IMG/VR virus record: IMGVR_UViG_3300045988_122072 | Location: 1-64,000 of that record | Direction: 5' to 3' (one strand) | Source: a virus | DNA length: 64,000 nt | Part shown: piece after piece, positions 63,744-64,000 of the stretch | How positions within the stretch are numbered: the stretch's first letter is position 1 | How the letters are laid out: each line of letters starts with the position of its first letter | Program-made: the position numbers and the translations under genes | Notes under the pieces: model-generated | What the model saw: only the letters and a program-made list of their open reading frames with translations | What the model was told of the DNA's origin: nothing | Databases searched by the model: none

Positions 63744-63771
63744 TTGACAGAATACAAAATTAATGTATAAT
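63744..63771 (+). promoter_or_regulatory. Consensus sigma-70-type promoter
   Basis: TTGACA (63744-63749), 16 nt, TATAAT (63766-63771). The spacer contains an ACAAAATTA box (63754-63762). Confidence 0.7.
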
Positions 63772-63788
63772 TAGAAAGGAAGAAAATT

Positions 63789-64000
63789 ATGGAAAAGAAA
63801 ACAAGAGAAGAATTAAAGGCATTAAGTTATGCTGAAAAGATTGATTATTATGCGCACATTAACGATTTGATTTCTGTTAACAATGGAAATCACAAAACAG
63901 GTATTGGTTGCTTAACAATGTCTATGCCAGTACTTACCTGTAGACCTGACGCTCCATGTCGCAACAACGGAATTTGTTATTGTATGCGTGGACATCAAGC
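63789..64000 (+). CDS. Cys-rich protein, truncated by the window end
   Basis: AAGGAAG upstream. MEKKTREELKALSYAEKIDYY..GIGCLTMSMPVLTCRPDAPCRNNGICYCMRG. The frame is open to position 64000. Confidence 0.6.
   Translation, partial: MEKKTREELKALSYAEKIDYYAHINDLISVNNGNHKTGIGCLTMSMPVLTCRPDAPCRNNGICYCMRGHQ

Noticed and set aside
1-64000. A crAss-like or Bacteroidota phage, or stop-codon recoding
   Set aside because: The giant tail genes first suggested this. However, nearly every gene has a GGAGG-type SD, promoters are TTGACA/TATAAT rather than Bacteroidota-type, and all long ORFs are intact in the standard code.

Overview
This window is a contiguous piece of a tailed dsDNA phage or prophage. The host looks Firmicutes-like: strong GGAGG Shine-Dalgarno sites, several perfect TTGACA-16/17-TATAAT promoters, and a visibly AT-rich sequence. 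No tRNA, rRNA or CRISPR array was seen.

Two divergent transcription arms meet at a 1.1-kb non-coding control region (47673-48797).

The minus arm runs from 47672 down to 1. In transcription order it holds:
- an HTH protein and many small Zn-ribbon proteins;
- a 943-aa YonO/RdRP-like two-barrel single-subunit RNA polymerase;
- a GIY-YIG endonuclease, a ClpP-like protease, a PhoH-like ATPase, an HU-like protein and a metallophosphoesterase;
- large terminase, portal, protease/scaffold-like protein and major capsid protein;
- connector/tail genes;
- a block of more than 18 kb with about eight fibre or receptor-binding genes, including a 2362-aa multidomain protein.

The plus arm (48810 to the window end) holds about 35 mostly small genes of unknown function. 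It includes two large paralogues (604 and 513 aa) flanking a metallopeptidase.

Most notable observations:
1. Two related group I introns are present, each with recognisable P, Q, R and S core elements, its own HNH homing endonuclease and an internal consensus promoter. One splits the capsid gene; the other sits at the 3' end of a 255-aa structural gene.
2. The phage encodes a YonO/RdRP-like RNA polymerase.
3. An ACAAAATTA box recurs in at least 11 intergenic or intron positions.
4. The control region has iterons, an AT-rich tract and a possible small structured RNA.
5. The paralogous NP(L/I)DYLTMSFG-NWASCHTIDK proteins have no function I can recognise.

All functional calls come from motifs read by eye and from gene order. 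No database search was possible.
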